The translations under genes were made by a program, and so were the position numbers. 64,000 bases of DNA from a virus (lineage: Duplodnaviria > Caudoviricetes): positions 1,224 to 65,223 of the IMG/VR virus record IMGVR_UViG_3300046092_000036, one strand, 5' to 3'. Every line of letters starts with the position of its first letter. Positions within the stretch are counted from its first letter, which is position 1. Under the pieces are notes generated by a model. The model was not told the DNA's origin and ran no database searches. It worked only from the letters and a program-made list of their open reading frames with translations. Shown piece after piece: positions 1-9,269 of the stretch.

Positions 1-10
1 ACCTACAAGT

Positions 11-610
11 TTGTTCATGGACTACAAGTCAAACATGAATGTGTATCAAAGCAACATGACTACCATGATCGAGGACTTCTATGCAAACTATGCAGACTTG
101 ATCGACCTAGCGAAACATCATATGGGTGCGTTGTTCAATCCCTATGACTATCCAAGTATCGAGGAGTTGCGTAGCAAGTTCGGATTCCGATTGGTATTCT
201 CTCCGTTGCCTGAGGGTGGTGACTTCCGTTTGGATATTCCCAAAGCGGACATGGATGAATTGGGTGAGCAGTATGAGTCAGCGTTTAATGACAGGCTCAA
301 AGATGCCATGCGTGAACCTTGGGATAAGTTGCATAAGAACCTTGTGCATATCTCAGAAAAGCTAACCGACATAGAGGGCGATGACGATAGCAAGAAGCGG
401 TATCACGATACCCTGATTACGAATGCGCAAGAGTTGTGCGGTTTACTTACACACTTAAACATAACGAAAGACCCATTGCTTGAGAATGCCCGCCGTTCCC
501 TCGAGCTAACAATGTTAGGTGTTGATATCGAGGACATTAAAGAACATGCAGAAGTTCGGCAGTCTGTTAAGTCTAAGGTCGATGACATTCTTAAGAAGTT
601 CGATTGGTAA
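11..610 (+). CDS. DUF3150-like early protein, C-terminal part (gene begins left of the window)
   Basis: YPSIEELRSKFGFRLVFSPLP motif typical of DUF3150-like phage proteins; frame open to the window edge. Confidence 0.6.
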   Translation: MFMDYKSNMNVYQSNMTTMIEDFYANYADLIDLAKHHMGALFNPYDYPSIEELRSKFGFRLVFSPLPEGGDFRLDIPKADMDELGEQYESAFNDRLKDAMREPWDKLHKNLVHISEKLTDIEGDDDSKKRYHDTLITNAQELCGLLTHLNITKDPLLENARRSLELTMLGVDIEDIKEHAEVRQSVKSKVDDILKKFDW

Positions 611-619
611 GGGGGACTT

Positions 620-715
620 ATGTTTACTGTATTAATCACAATACTCGCCCTCACGGGGGCAGTTACATGGGCTTTTGTTTTGTATGTTTTGTTTAACATT
701 TATATAAAGGATTAG
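620..715 (+). CDS. 31-aa single-TM peptide
   Basis: MFTVLITILALTGAVTWAFVLYVLFNIYIKD; GGGGGA RBS; fills the gap between neighbouring ORFs. Confidence 0.6.
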   Translation: MFTVLITILALTGAVTWAFVLYVLFNIYIKD

Positions 716-717
716 TA

Positions 718-1557
718 ATGACTTACGAGAATATCAAATTAAAAAAGCATGACAAGTTTGGGGAAGGTGAGCAGGAATCAATTATCGACCCTTTCCTTAA
801 AAGTTTCGTAGAGAAGCTAGCACTCAAGTATCCACAATGGACATTCGAGGAAGTGCATAACACGGCTAACCACAACAATAAGACTGTTGAAGCGTATCGT
901 TTTAATGTTGTGGATAAGAGAGAAGTGCTAGGCACAATTGATAAAGAGTATATGACCAATGGTGGGTGGCGGTTTTGTGTAGATAACCATCGTATCAATG
1001 GTGTGCGAGAGCGTGGTCGTGGTATGAAAACAATCCACGAAGATAAAGCACTCAAGCATGTGGGTAAGTTTTTTGGTAAGAAGAATGTAAACGAGAAGTT
1101 TACTGAGGCTAGCACAACAATCATTAATGCCGTAGGTAGCATACACAATCAGAAGAGATGGGACTTATCTCACAAGTGGGATGCGTTGTCTACGCATACA
1201 CAAAAGTTTGTGCATGATAACTATGCGCAATTCGTTAGTTCAATAACGGATACTAAAGCCAATAATCTGCATAGCCTAGAGAAGTTGCCGTCTGCCATAG
1301 CTGAGTTTAGTTCAGTTGAGTCAATGCAAGAAGCGTTGCGTTTAGGAGACGCTTACATTGTGTTCATAGATGGAGTAAACTATTCTATACAAAAGGGCAA
1401 AGACCCTTTAGAAATAAAAACAAGCGAAGAGTTGCCCGACTTTATGCGAAGGGCAGTAGGGCTACTTAAATTAGTTGAAGATAACCAAGTAATAGATGGT
1501 GTCGGTATTCGTGCAAGCGAAACAACTTTCTTGGTAATGCCTAACAATGTTAGCTAA
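718..1557 (+). CDS. hypothetical early protein
   Basis: 279-aa ORF, AAGGA RBS. Confidence 0.8.
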   Translation: MTYENIKLKKHDKFGEGEQESIIDPFLKSFVEKLALKYPQWTFEEVHNTANHNNKTVEAYRFNVVDKREVLGTIDKEYMTNGGWRFCVDNHRINGVRERGRGMKTIHEDKALKHVGKFFGKKNVNEKFTEASTTIINAVGSIHNQKRWDLSHKWDALSTHTQKFVHDNYAQFVSSITDTKANNLHSLEKLPSAIAEFSSVESMQEALRLGDAYIVFIDGVNYSIQKGKDPLEIKTSEELPDFMRRAVGLLKLVEDNQVIDGVGIRASETTFLVMPNNVS

Positions 1558-1566
1558 GGAGCAGAT

Positions 1567-1791
1567 ATGAGTCTATTTAAACGCAAGTTTAATGTAGTTG
1601 AACCTAAACCTAAACCTAAAAGGAAGATGCAAGATATGGCTATTGATACTAACTCTAAGTTCGTATATACAGGCGGTTCTGATGTATTAAAAACCTTTAA
1701 GCGATATGGGTTTGTTCCACCTACTGAGTATCGTGATGATTACTTATTTAAGATTAACAGAGAAGCTAACCAAAGAGAGAATGATGAATGA
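1567..1791 (+). CDS. hypothetical protein
   Basis: 74 aa, AAGGAG RBS. Confidence 0.7.
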   Translation: MSLFKRKFNVVEPKPKPKRKMQDMAIDTNSKFVYTGGSDVLKTFKRYGFVPPTEYRDDYLFKINREANQRENDE

Positions 1792-1975
1792 GGTAACCAA
1801 AAAAGGTAGAGGTAAGGGAGTAAAGCCTGCAATGGTTTACTTTCCCCTCAGATTACCAATAGAAGTAATGAAGTTTTTTGATGCTTACCCTAACAGGAAT
1901 GCAAAGATTAGGGAAGTGTTAGCTAGTTATATTCAACAACAAGGAGAAGTAAATGAAAGCATCAACCAAAAGTAA
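1781..1975 (+). CDS. ribbon-helix-helix-like DNA-binding protein
   Basis: Basic arm KKGRGKG, then VYFPLRLPIEVMKFFDAY..NAKIREVL (beta-helix-helix pattern). Confidence 0.55.
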   Translation: MMNEVTKKGRGKGVKPAMVYFPLRLPIEVMKFFDAYPNRNAKIREVLASYIQQQGEVNESINQK

Positions 1976-2381
1976 AAAGATTAACGCATACATGGAGAGC
2001 AACCCTGATGTAAAGACTAGCGTAGTTGCTAAGAAGTTTGGTGTTAGTGTAGCTAGCATATATCAGCGTAGGTCTAACATGAAATCGGCAGCGACTAAAG
2101 TTGTTAAGCGTGGTCGCCCTCGCCAGATTCCTTCAACACTTGTGCCTAACGCAGTAGCATCAATGCACCTGTATGCAGACGACAAGGTGAATAGCCCGAG
2201 CCACTATAAGGTAGGCGGTATTGAGACTATTGACTTTATCGAAGCGAAGAAATTAGATTACCATTTAGGTAATGTAGTTAAATACATTAGTCGTGCTGAG
2301 TATAAAGATGAGAAGCTAGAGAACCTTAAGAAGGCGCAATGGTATCTTAATCGTGCGGTTGCAAACCTAAGCAAGACCTAA
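1953..2381 (+). CDS. HTH + AT-hook + DUF3310 (SaV-like) protein
   Basis: N-terminal VAKKFGVSVASIY HTH, KRGRPR, C-terminal VNSPSHY..GGIETID..GNVVKYISRA..K..ENLKKAQWYL. Confidence 0.75.
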   Translation: MKASTKSKKINAYMESNPDVKTSVVAKKFGVSVASIYQRRSNMKSAATKVVKRGRPRQIPSTLVPNAVASMHLYADDKVNSPSHYKVGGIETIDFIEAKKLDYHLGNVVKYISRAEYKDEKLENLKKAQWYLNRAVANLSKT

Positions 2382-2389
2382 CAATGTTA

Positions 2390-2522
2390 GGGGCATTTGA
2401 TTACGATAGAACCTATTAGCCTTGTAGATGCGAACGATTTTATTATCAGCTAGTTGCCCCGAGAATTCTTACGCTAGCTGAGTCCAAAATCTGAGGGGGG
2501 CAGATAATCTACATATCCCCCC
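2390..2522 (+). ncRNA. candidate structured, pseudoknotted intergenic element
   Basis: Four crossing complementary pairs (see findings); no family recognised. Confidence 0.35.
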
Positions 2523-2552
2523 AACCCCTCCCAAATATATTTTAAATCTCCC

Positions 2553-2580
2553 TTGACAAAGTCCAACACCATGTTAGTAT
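2553..2580 (+). promoter_or_regulatory. sigma70-type promoter, 16-bp spacer, probably leaderless
   Basis: TTGACA-N16-TAGTAT with extended TG; ATG 2587 is 7 nt downstream. Confidence 0.65.
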
Positions 2581-2586
2581 GGTGGC

Positions 2587-2907
2587 ATGGCATCTACTCC
2601 CGAAAAGAAAGTTAAAGATAAAGTTGTTAAGCTAATCAAGGCTTACGGCATTTATTATTTTTTCCCTGCAACACATGGATACGGCAGAAGCGGTGTGCCC
2701 GATATCATATGCTGTGCTAAGGGTAAGTTCGTTGCCATAGAATGCAAAGCAGGCAACAATAAGCCTACTGCGTTACAAGAAAAAGAAATGGCAGACATCC
2801 GTAAAGCGGGTGGATATGCCTATGTAGTAAACGAGGAGAGCCTAACATTGTTAGGTGCAACCTTAAGGAGCTTACTTGACGAGGAGGATGGCGATGGCAG
2901 ATGTTGA
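2587..2907 (+). CDS. VRR-NUC nuclease / Holliday junction resolvase-like
   Basis: PEKKVK..GVPDII....FVAIECKA...PTALQ PD-(D/E)XK motif. Confidence 0.9.
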   Translation: MASTPEKKVKDKVVKLIKAYGIYYFFPATHGYGRSGVPDIICCAKGKFVAIECKAGNNKPTALQEKEMADIRKAGGYAYVVNEESLTLLGATLRSLLDEEDGDGRC

Positions 2908-3349
2908 AATGAATAAAGGTGTTCAGATATTACTTGAACGCATGAGTAGTAACCCTGATGAGTTTGTGCCTAGCCTTAGGGGTGGGTATCAAAATAAATG
3001 GCGAGACATTCTTCTTTCCGTTGACATGCGGGTCAATGGGGGTAAGGACTACAAAGATCAGTTGCCGTTCCTAAACGACAAAGAGATCAAAGCCCTATGG
3101 GAAAAGATGCAGAGCTTGCGAGGGGACTTGTTCACTAAACAAGTTATGAATACTTTGTTAAGTGAGTCAGTAGAGCCACCCTTCGACTATGCCAACACCG
3201 CTACTGTTAGTGGGAGAGGAGCAGGTCTCAACATCTACCCTACTACTATAGTCCCTCCTGTTACTACCCTACCCTCTTCTCTTACTACTGCGGAACTATC
3301 ATCGCTTTCTCGGCAAGTTGCAAGTGGTAGCCCCAAAGGTTCATTTTGA
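2894..3349 (+). CDS. hypothetical protein
   Basis: GAGGAGG RBS at 2881; overlaps both neighbours. Confidence 0.7.
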   Translation: MADVEMNKGVQILLERMSSNPDEFVPSLRGGYQNKWRDILLSVDMRVNGGKDYKDQLPFLNDKEIKALWEKMQSLRGDLFTKQVMNTLLSESVEPPFDYANTATVSGRGAGLNIYPTTIVPPVTTLPSSLTTAELSSLSRQVASGSPKGSF

Positions 3350-5184
3350 AAATCTTTTGCATAGACTTTGAGACTTACTACTCTCAGACCTACTCGCTTA
3401 GCAAAATGACTACGGAAGAATACATCCGTGGCTCTGAGTTTGAGACGATTGGGTTTGCCATCCAATGTTATTCAAGACAAGAAGATGGTGGGGAACCTCA
3501 TTGGTATAGCGGTACTAAAGCACAATTAAAAACTGTACTGGATAAATATGAACTTGATAAGAATTTGGTCATTGCGCATAACGCTGTTTTTGATATGGCT
3601 ATCCTTAGTTTTATATTTGATATAAGACCTAAAGCCATTGTAGATACGCTATCCATGGCAAGAGCAATACATGGAACTGAAGTTGGTGGTAGCTTAAAAG
3701 CATTGGCTGAATACTATGCTCTAGGAGTTAAAGGCACAGAGGTGCTAAATGCGCTTGGTAAGCGTCGCATAGACTTTAATGCTGAAGACCTAGCCAAGTA
3801 TGGGGAATACTGTAAGAACGACGTGGTGCTTACGATGGACTTGTTTAAGAACCTAAGTGCAGACTTTCCTCCTACTGAGCTACGGCTGATAGACCTGACC
3901 ATCCGTATGTTTACTGAGCCTAGCCTTGAGTTAGATAAACCTTTGTTAGTTGCTCACTTGGAGTCGGTGAAAAAGAAAAAAGAAGATTTAATGAAACTGG
4001 TTGAAGCTAACCGAGATCAGATTATGAGCAACGACCAATTTGCTGAAGCATTAAAAGCTCTTGGGGCTACTCCACCTACTAAGATAAGTCCAGCAACAGG
4101 AAGGGAAACCTGGGCATTCGCTAAAACGGATGAAGGATTTAAAGCGTTGCTCGAACATGAGAACGGCGCGGTTCAAGCATTAGTATCAGCTAGGCTTGGA
4201 ATCAAATCCACTATAGAAGAAACAAGAACTCAACGCTTTATTGAGATAGCGGATCGAGGCTTACTACCTATACCACTACGCTATTATGCGGCTCATACAG
4301 GCAGATGGGGTGGCGACGACAAAGTTAATCTACAAAACCTACCAAGGAACTCCCCGCTAAAAGGTTCTATATGCGCATCAAAGGGCTACAAGATTATTGA
4401 CTCTGACTCTAGCCAAATAGAAGCAAGAACATTAGCGTGGCTGGCCGAGCAGAACGATTTAGTTGACGCATTTGAAAGGGGTGAGGATGTATACAAAATC
4501 ATGGCATCGTCTATCTATGTTAAGGCGCAAGAAGAAATTAGCAAAGATGAGAGGTTCGTCGGTAAGACAACAATATTGGGATGTGGCTACGGCATGGGGA
4601 GTGCGAAATTCCAAGCACAACTCAAGACTTTCAATGTGGAAATTGAGGATGGGGAAGCCAATCGTATTATCAAAGTCTATCGGGAAACTTATGATTGGAT
4701 ACCTCAACTTTGGAGAAAAGCAGGATTAGCTTTAGATGCCATCATCAACAATCAGACTATGTATTTGGGTCGGGCTGGAGTATTACAGGTTGAGGGCACT
4801 AAAGGCATTCGCTTACCCAATGGGTTGTATATGAAGTACCCGAATCTACGCAAGATACGCAACGAGCAGGGTAAAGACGAGTATGTGTACGACACCAAGA
4901 AGGGTAAAGCCGTTATCCCTAACAGGATATATGGCGGGAAGGTTATTGAGAATGTCTGCCAAGCCCTAGCCCGAATCATCATTGGTGAGCAGATGCTCCA
5001 AGTAGCCAAGAAATACAAAGTAGTAATGACTGTTCATGATGCGATTGCTTGCGTAGTACCTGAGGCGGAAGCAGAGACAGCTCAAGAGTATGTTGAGATG
5101 TGCATGAAGATGCGACCCAAGTGGGCATTGAAGTTGCCTCTAAGTTGCGAATCAGGTGTTGGTAATTCTTATGGAGAATGTTAA
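3346..5184 (+). CDS. DNA polymerase family A with 3'-5' exonuclease
   Basis: DFET and HNAVFD exonuclease motifs, TGRWGG..NLQNLPR, DSSQIEAR (motif A), R..GK..ILG.GYG (B), VHD (C); TTG start. Confidence 0.95.
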   Translation: MKIFCIDFETYYSQTYSLSKMTTEEYIRGSEFETIGFAIQCYSRQEDGGEPHWYSGTKAQLKTVLDKYELDKNLVIAHNAVFDMAILSFIFDIRPKAIVDTLSMARAIHGTEVGGSLKALAEYYALGVKGTEVLNALGKRRIDFNAEDLAKYGEYCKNDVVLTMDLFKNLSADFPPTELRLIDLTIRMFTEPSLELDKPLLVAHLESVKKKKEDLMKLVEANRDQIMSNDQFAEALKALGATPPTKISPATGRETWAFAKTDEGFKALLEHENGAVQALVSARLGIKSTIEETRTQRFIEIADRGLLPIPLRYYAAHTGRWGGDDKVNLQNLPRNSPLKGSICASKGYKIIDSDSSQIEARTLAWLAEQNDLVDAFERGEDVYKIMASSIYVKAQEEISKDERFVGKTTILGCGYGMGSAKFQAQLKTFNVEIEDGEANRIIKVYRETYDWIPQLWRKAGLALDAIINNQTMYLGRAGVLQVEGTKGIRLPNGLYMKYPNLRKIRNEQGKDEYVYDTKKGKAVIPNRIYGGKVIENVCQALARIIIGEQMLQVAKKYKVVMTVHDAIACVVPEAEAETAQEYVEMCMKMRPKWALKLPLSCESGVGNSYGEC

Positions 5185-5672
5185 TGAAGATACATGTGGA
5201 GTTTAATTCCATTGCAGAGATGGTTGGCTTTAGTAAGTTTGCGGGTAGTGACTTAGTACAAGTACCTCAATCTAAAAACCAACAACAATCAGAAGTTGCG
5301 TATAAGAACGCATACGAGAGAACAAATGCTAATCTTGAACGTGCCTATGAACGGCTTAGAGAGCTTTACGATAACCCAAAAATAAAAGCTATTATCGACC
5401 AAACGGAGATATCAAAGAATGCTAAAGCGTGGGATGAAAGAGAAAAGGTTAAAAAAGAAGCTATTGAGAACGACGAGAGGTTTGAGTTTAGTAATCGTGC
5501 TTTAAACATATTTAAATGCGAAAATATTAAAACGCTTAAAGACTTACTTAACTGCACAGAGAATGATTTATTTAGGCTACCTAACATGGGTAAACTAACC
5601 TTAGTTGGTATTAAAGAGGAGCTTGCTAAGGCTAAATTAAAACTAAAACAACCACCAAAGGCTAAGAAATGA
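5184..5672 (+). CDS. protein with RNA polymerase alpha C-terminal-domain-like domain
   Basis: C-terminal FSNRALNIFKCENIKTLKDLLNCTENDLFRLPNMGKLTLVGIKEEL parallels RpoA CTD [37 protein letters not shown]. Confidence 0.85.
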   Translation: MKIHVEFNSIAEMVGFSKFAGSDLVQVPQSKNQQQSEVAYKNAYERTNANLERAYERLRELYDNPKIKAIIDQTEISKNAKAWDEREKVKKEAIENDERFEFSNRALNIFKCENIKTLKDLLNCTENDLFRLPNMGKLTLVGIKEELAKAKLKLKQPPKAKK

Positions 5673-6439
5673 CTGACACAGTAGAAGCTAAAGATGTAAT
5701 TCCACACCTACTTGTAGCCACTCCGATGTATGGTGGTATGTGTAACGGACAGTACACAGCCAGTATGCTTCAAATGGTGACAACTTTTACGCAAGCTAAA
5801 GTTCCATTTCAATATGCTTACATGACGAATGAGTCCTTAATTACCCGTGCCCGCAATAGTTTAGCCCATGACTTTTTAGAGAGTAATTGTTCTCACTTGA
5901 TGTTTATTGATTCCGACATTGGTTTTAACCCAACAGACATTTTGCACATGATTAACGCTAACAAGGACATTATCTGCGGTATATACCCCAAAAAAGAAAT
6001 TAACTGGGTGGATGTAGCTAAAGCCGTACAAGCTGGAGTACCCCCACAGGATTTAAATAAACATACTGGGGCTTTTGTTGTAAACCTTGTGGGCGGTGCG
6101 GCTAAAGCTGAAGGTAAAAGCAACGAGCCTATGCAAATTGCTAATGGCGGTACAGGGTTCATGCTTATCCAACGCAAAGTGTTTAAGACTTTAATAGAAA
6201 AAGTACCTACATACAATAACGATATGTTCTTAGCCGTAGATACAGAACGTACGCCAAAAGTTATTCATGAGTTTTTTACTACAAGCATTGATAAAGACTC
6301 AGGTAATCGTCTGTTGTCTGAAGATTATCACTTTTGTAAAATTGCTAGAGAAGCTGGTTTTACAGTATGGGCAGCTCCGTGGGCTAATTTAGTTCATTGT
6401 GGAGCTTACAACTTTAGCGGACAGTTACCAAGAGTATGA
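5669..6439 (+). CDS. GT-A-fold glycosyltransferase-like protein
   Basis: VATPMYGG, ESLITRARN, LMFIDSDI (DxD), GTGFMLI, LSEDY.FC. Confidence 0.7.
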   Translation: MTDTVEAKDVIPHLLVATPMYGGMCNGQYTASMLQMVTTFTQAKVPFQYAYMTNESLITRARNSLAHDFLESNCSHLMFIDSDIGFNPTDILHMINANKDIICGIYPKKEINWVDVAKAVQAGVPPQDLNKHTGAFVVNLVGGAAKAEGKSNEPMQIANGGTGFMLIQRKVFKTLIEKVPTYNNDMFLAVDTERTPKVIHEFFTTSIDKDSGNRLLSEDYHFCKIAREAGFTVWAAPWANLVHCGAYNFSGQLPRV

Positions 6440-6921
6440 TGCCCTTTCATCCCCTTATACCTAAATCAGTAATTGCTGACGAGCTTCTTGATTTTGCTAT
6501 GGGTAGTGGCACTTGGCACTCGTACCATAACTTTGATGTGGTGCAAGTTCCGTTTGAGCTTGCTTATAGTGACCCAGTCATTGCTGGCATAGGGGCAAAG
6601 TATCCATTAGCAGTAGGTATATTGCGCTTAGACCCGTACACAACGTACGACTGGCATGTGGATACAAATAGAGGGGTGTGCATCAACATGCTACTCAATG
6701 ACGTAAAGAGTCAATGTCTATTCTCCGAGGGAGAAACGGAAGCAACTCACGTATTCCTAGAGTTAAAGTATCAACCAAAGACGCTTTACGTATTTAATAA
6801 TCAAGTGCCCCACATGGTTATTAACTATGCCCAAACTAGGTATCTAATGAGTGTGGAGTTTCAAGCTAACAAGAACGAGTTAACATACGGAAACTTTTTA
6901 AAAGAAATGGAGATAGCATGA
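6436..6921 (+). CDS. cupin / 2OG-Fe(II) oxygenase-like protein
   Basis: WHVD (HxD), distal H in QVPHMV, then R..MSVEF strand. Confidence 0.6.
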   Translation: MMPFHPLIPKSVIADELLDFAMGSGTWHSYHNFDVVQVPFELAYSDPVIAGIGAKYPLAVGILRLDPYTTYDWHVDTNRGVCINMLLNDVKSQCLFSEGETEATHVFLELKYQPKTLYVFNNQVPHMVINYAQTRYLMSVEFQANKNELTYGNFLKEMEIA

Positions 6922-7157
6922 CAACCTTTACAACTCAAGACAGAGTAGATGCAGAGATTACAGTAGAGCCAATCCCCTTTGCTGGTTTTGTTCAGCTACA
7001 AGATAAAGTGATATACAAAACATTTGAAGAATGGAAAACTGGTCAATGGCTAGAGGATGGCGAACCACGCACTAAAGCATATACAAAAGACGAACTATTG
7101 CTTATTGAAATGGGTTGGCAATATGGATTTGATGCAGGAAAGGCACAAGAGAAATGA
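6918..7157 (+). CDS. hypothetical protein
   Basis: MTTFTTQDR start, ATGA overlap. Confidence 0.7.
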   Translation: MTTFTTQDRVDAEITVEPIPFAGFVQLQDKVIYKTFEEWKTGQWLEDGEPRTKAYTKDELLLIEMGWQYGFDAGKAQEK

Positions 7158-7375
7158 ATGAGCAAGACTTAAGAGATTGCTTTGCTATGTTTACTTTGTG
7201 TGGAATTGTCATGCGTGGTATTGACGATGAAATCATAGAAGACGTAGCAATTAACGCTTATAAAATGGCAGATGCAATGCTTGAAGCAAGGAAAGAAAAA
7301 AATAACGGAGAAAAACTTGGAATCGCAGCAGTTAAACCTAAACGTAGATACCCTAAGAGACACTCAGACCTCTGA
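7154..7375 (+). CDS. hypothetical protein
   Basis: LRD.FA...AY..ADAML.AR motif common in small phage proteins. Confidence 0.75.
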   Translation: MNEQDLRDCFAMFTLCGIVMRGIDDEIIEDVAINAYKMADAMLEARKEKNNGEKLGIAAVKPKRRYPKRHSDL

Positions 7376-7520
7376 TGGCAAAAAGTTTTGTTCCAGTTGT
7401 ATGTTTATGAAACCCGAAGTTGGTGGAGAAGTTGTAGTAACAGCTAGGACTAGATGGCGCTGTGCCCAATGTAAAGCTAGGGCTTCAGTTCGTAGATACA
7501 GTAGCAAAGGAGGGGATTAA
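7272..7520 (+). CDS. small Zn-ribbon protein (start uncertain)
   Basis: FCSSC...WRCAQC. Confidence 0.55.
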   Translation: MQCLKQGKKKITEKNLESQQLNLNVDTLRDTQTSDGKKFCSSCMFMKPEVGGEVVVTARTRWRCAQCKARASVRRYSSKGGD

Positions 7521-7778
7521 ATGAAAAAAATATTATTACTTACAGGGTTCTTGGGAGCATGTTCATCGCCTTACGTAGACAATTCTAAGTTACCTGATAC
7601 TACGTTATTGGTAGAGAAAGAGCTTACACAAATGAGCCGAAACGCAGTTATCATTGCAGTTCAAGAGTGCGAGTCTAGCGGGCTTAGACCTGTTATGATT
7701 ATGTCTCGTCGTAAAATAAACGGATATTTGTCAGACGTTCCAGTTGATGTAACTTGTTCACCAAAATACGGTAGATAA
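7521..7778 (+). CDS. putative lipoprotein
   Basis: MKKILLLTGFLGAC lipobox. Confidence 0.7.
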   Translation: MKKILLLTGFLGACSSPYVDNSKLPDTTLLVEKELTQMSRNAVIIAVQECESSGLRPVMIMSRRKINGYLSDVPVDVTCSPKYGR

Positions 7779-8056
7779 TGATGATTCAAAGAATGCTTAA
7801 TAAGTTTATCCGTTGGGCTTTGTCTGTAAATGATGAGCCACAAGCTCCAAGCAGTACGGCAGTACCAACAATTCGTATTGGATTGGTTAACGGCTTAAAT
7901 GGTCGGTTGCTTGAAGTTGCAAGCCCCATACCAAACAAAAATAGCAAACATCATCTTTTTACTGACGACTGGACTTATGAGTTCTTTGTTGTTGCCGAAG
8001 GGCAAAAAGTTAGCGAAGCAATTGCCATGGTCATGCTTTTAAAGGGGATAGACTAA
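7778..8056 (+). CDS. hypothetical protein
   Basis: 92 aa, coupled to neighbours. Confidence 0.7.
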   Translation: MMIQRMLNKFIRWALSVNDEPQAPSSTAVPTIRIGLVNGLNGRLLEVASPIPNKNSKHHLFTDDWTYEFFVVAEGQKVSEAIAMVMLLKGID

Positions 8057-8206
8057 ATGATTGAAACATTAGTTAAACCCCAGCCTTTAGACAACGATAT
8101 TGCGGTGATAAAAATACTGCAATTGATGGGGCAATTAAGTTTAAACGATATGCAATATGTCTTGAAGGTAGCATTGCAAGTCTATGGGAAAGTACAAGAT
8201 AAATGA
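8057..8206 (+). CDS. 49-aa hypothetical protein
   Basis: MIETLVKPQPLDND...; GGGGA RBS; ATGA overlap with the next gene. Confidence 0.65.
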   Translation: MIETLVKPQPLDNDIAVIKILQLMGQLSLNDMQYVLKVALQVYGKVQDK

Positions 8207-8874
8207 GTGCATGGTCATATAGTAGCCTCAAGACATTCCAGCAATGTCCAAAAAAGTACTACCATTTAAAGGTTGCTAAGGATGTTGTAGATACTGGCAG
8301 TGAAGCTACTATATATGGCAAAGAGCTACATAAAGCGGCTGAAGATTACGTACGTGATAACGTACCAATACCACCCCAGTTTGCCTTTATCCAAAAAACC
8401 ATAGATGCGCTTAAGAACATCCCAGGTGAGAAGCATACTGAGATTGAACTAGGTGTAGCTAATAACGGAGGCAAACTTAGTGCCTGCGGTTTTAATGATA
8501 AGAATGCGTGGTATCGAGGCATTGCGGATTTACTAATCATCAATGGCGACGAAGGCTATTTGGTTGACTACAAAAGTAGTAAGAACGCCAAGTATGCAGA
8601 CTTAAAACAATTAGATTTATTGGCGGCGGCGGTGTTTACCCACTTCCCTGAGGTTAAGAGTCTTAAGTCTGCTTTGATATTTATAGTTAGTAATGAGTTT
8701 GTTAAAAAAGAACACAGTTCAATGCACAAGCTAGCTTACTTTGAGCATGTGCGATTTGACCTAGAACGGCTAGAGAAGGCTATGGAGACAGGGGTATGGA
8801 ACGCAGTATCTAGCCCTTTATGCGGTTGGTGCCCTGTTAAAACGTGCCATAACTATCGGGAGAGAAGAAAATGA
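8203..8874 (+). CDS. Cas4-like PD-(D/E)XK exonuclease
   Basis: WSYSSL..F.QCP, GIADL..VDYKS, CGWCPVKTC. Confidence 0.9.
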   Translation: MSAWSYSSLKTFQQCPKKYYHLKVAKDVVDTGSEATIYGKELHKAAEDYVRDNVPIPPQFAFIQKTIDALKNIPGEKHTEIELGVANNGGKLSACGFNDKNAWYRGIADLLIINGDEGYLVDYKSSKNAKYADLKQLDLLAAAVFTHFPEVKSLKSALIFIVSNEFVKKEHSSMHKLAYFEHVRFDLERLEKAMETGVWNAVSSPLCGWCPVKTCHNYRERRK

Positions 8875-9269
8875 GCTTTAGTAAAGGTATACCTCCAGGA
8901 ACTAAATTAGATCCAGAAAAAGGTCAAGGTGATACATACAGGGGTGAAAGAGAAGTGCATGAGTGCGCCTACCCTAGTTGCCGCAATAGAAAAATAAGCA
9001 GAAACGAAGATGCGGTATTTTGGGACGGTATACATATTAGTAGAGATAGCTTTGAAAATAACTTATCTCCCGTTGCAAAAATAGCGGCTATAGCTAACCC
9101 TACCGAGTATTTTGAAAAATATAATAGGTACTATGTAACAGTTGGCATGCATGCAGAATGTGCTGCGGAATGGGGCATGCACTTGATTAAAGACGCCCTT
9201 CAGAGCCATAATGTAGGTACTAAACTTCGTAAGGAAAAACCTCAAAATGCCATACGTGAACAAACCTAG
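8871..9269 (+). CDS. hypothetical protein (Cys/His)
   Basis: CAYPSC and HAEC motifs. Confidence 0.65.
   Translation: MSFSKGIPPGTKLDPEKGQGDTYRGEREVHECAYPSCRNRKISRNEDAVFWDGIHISRDSFENNLSPVAKIAAIANPTEYFEKYNRYYVTVGMHAECAAEWGMHLIKDALQSHNVGTKLRKEKPQNAIREQT

Larger units (their letters stand above)
506..2854. repeat. CTAACAWTGTTAG palindrome, left cluster (4 copies)
   Basis: Perfect copies start at 506, 1541, 2378 and 2842. Confidence 0.97.
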
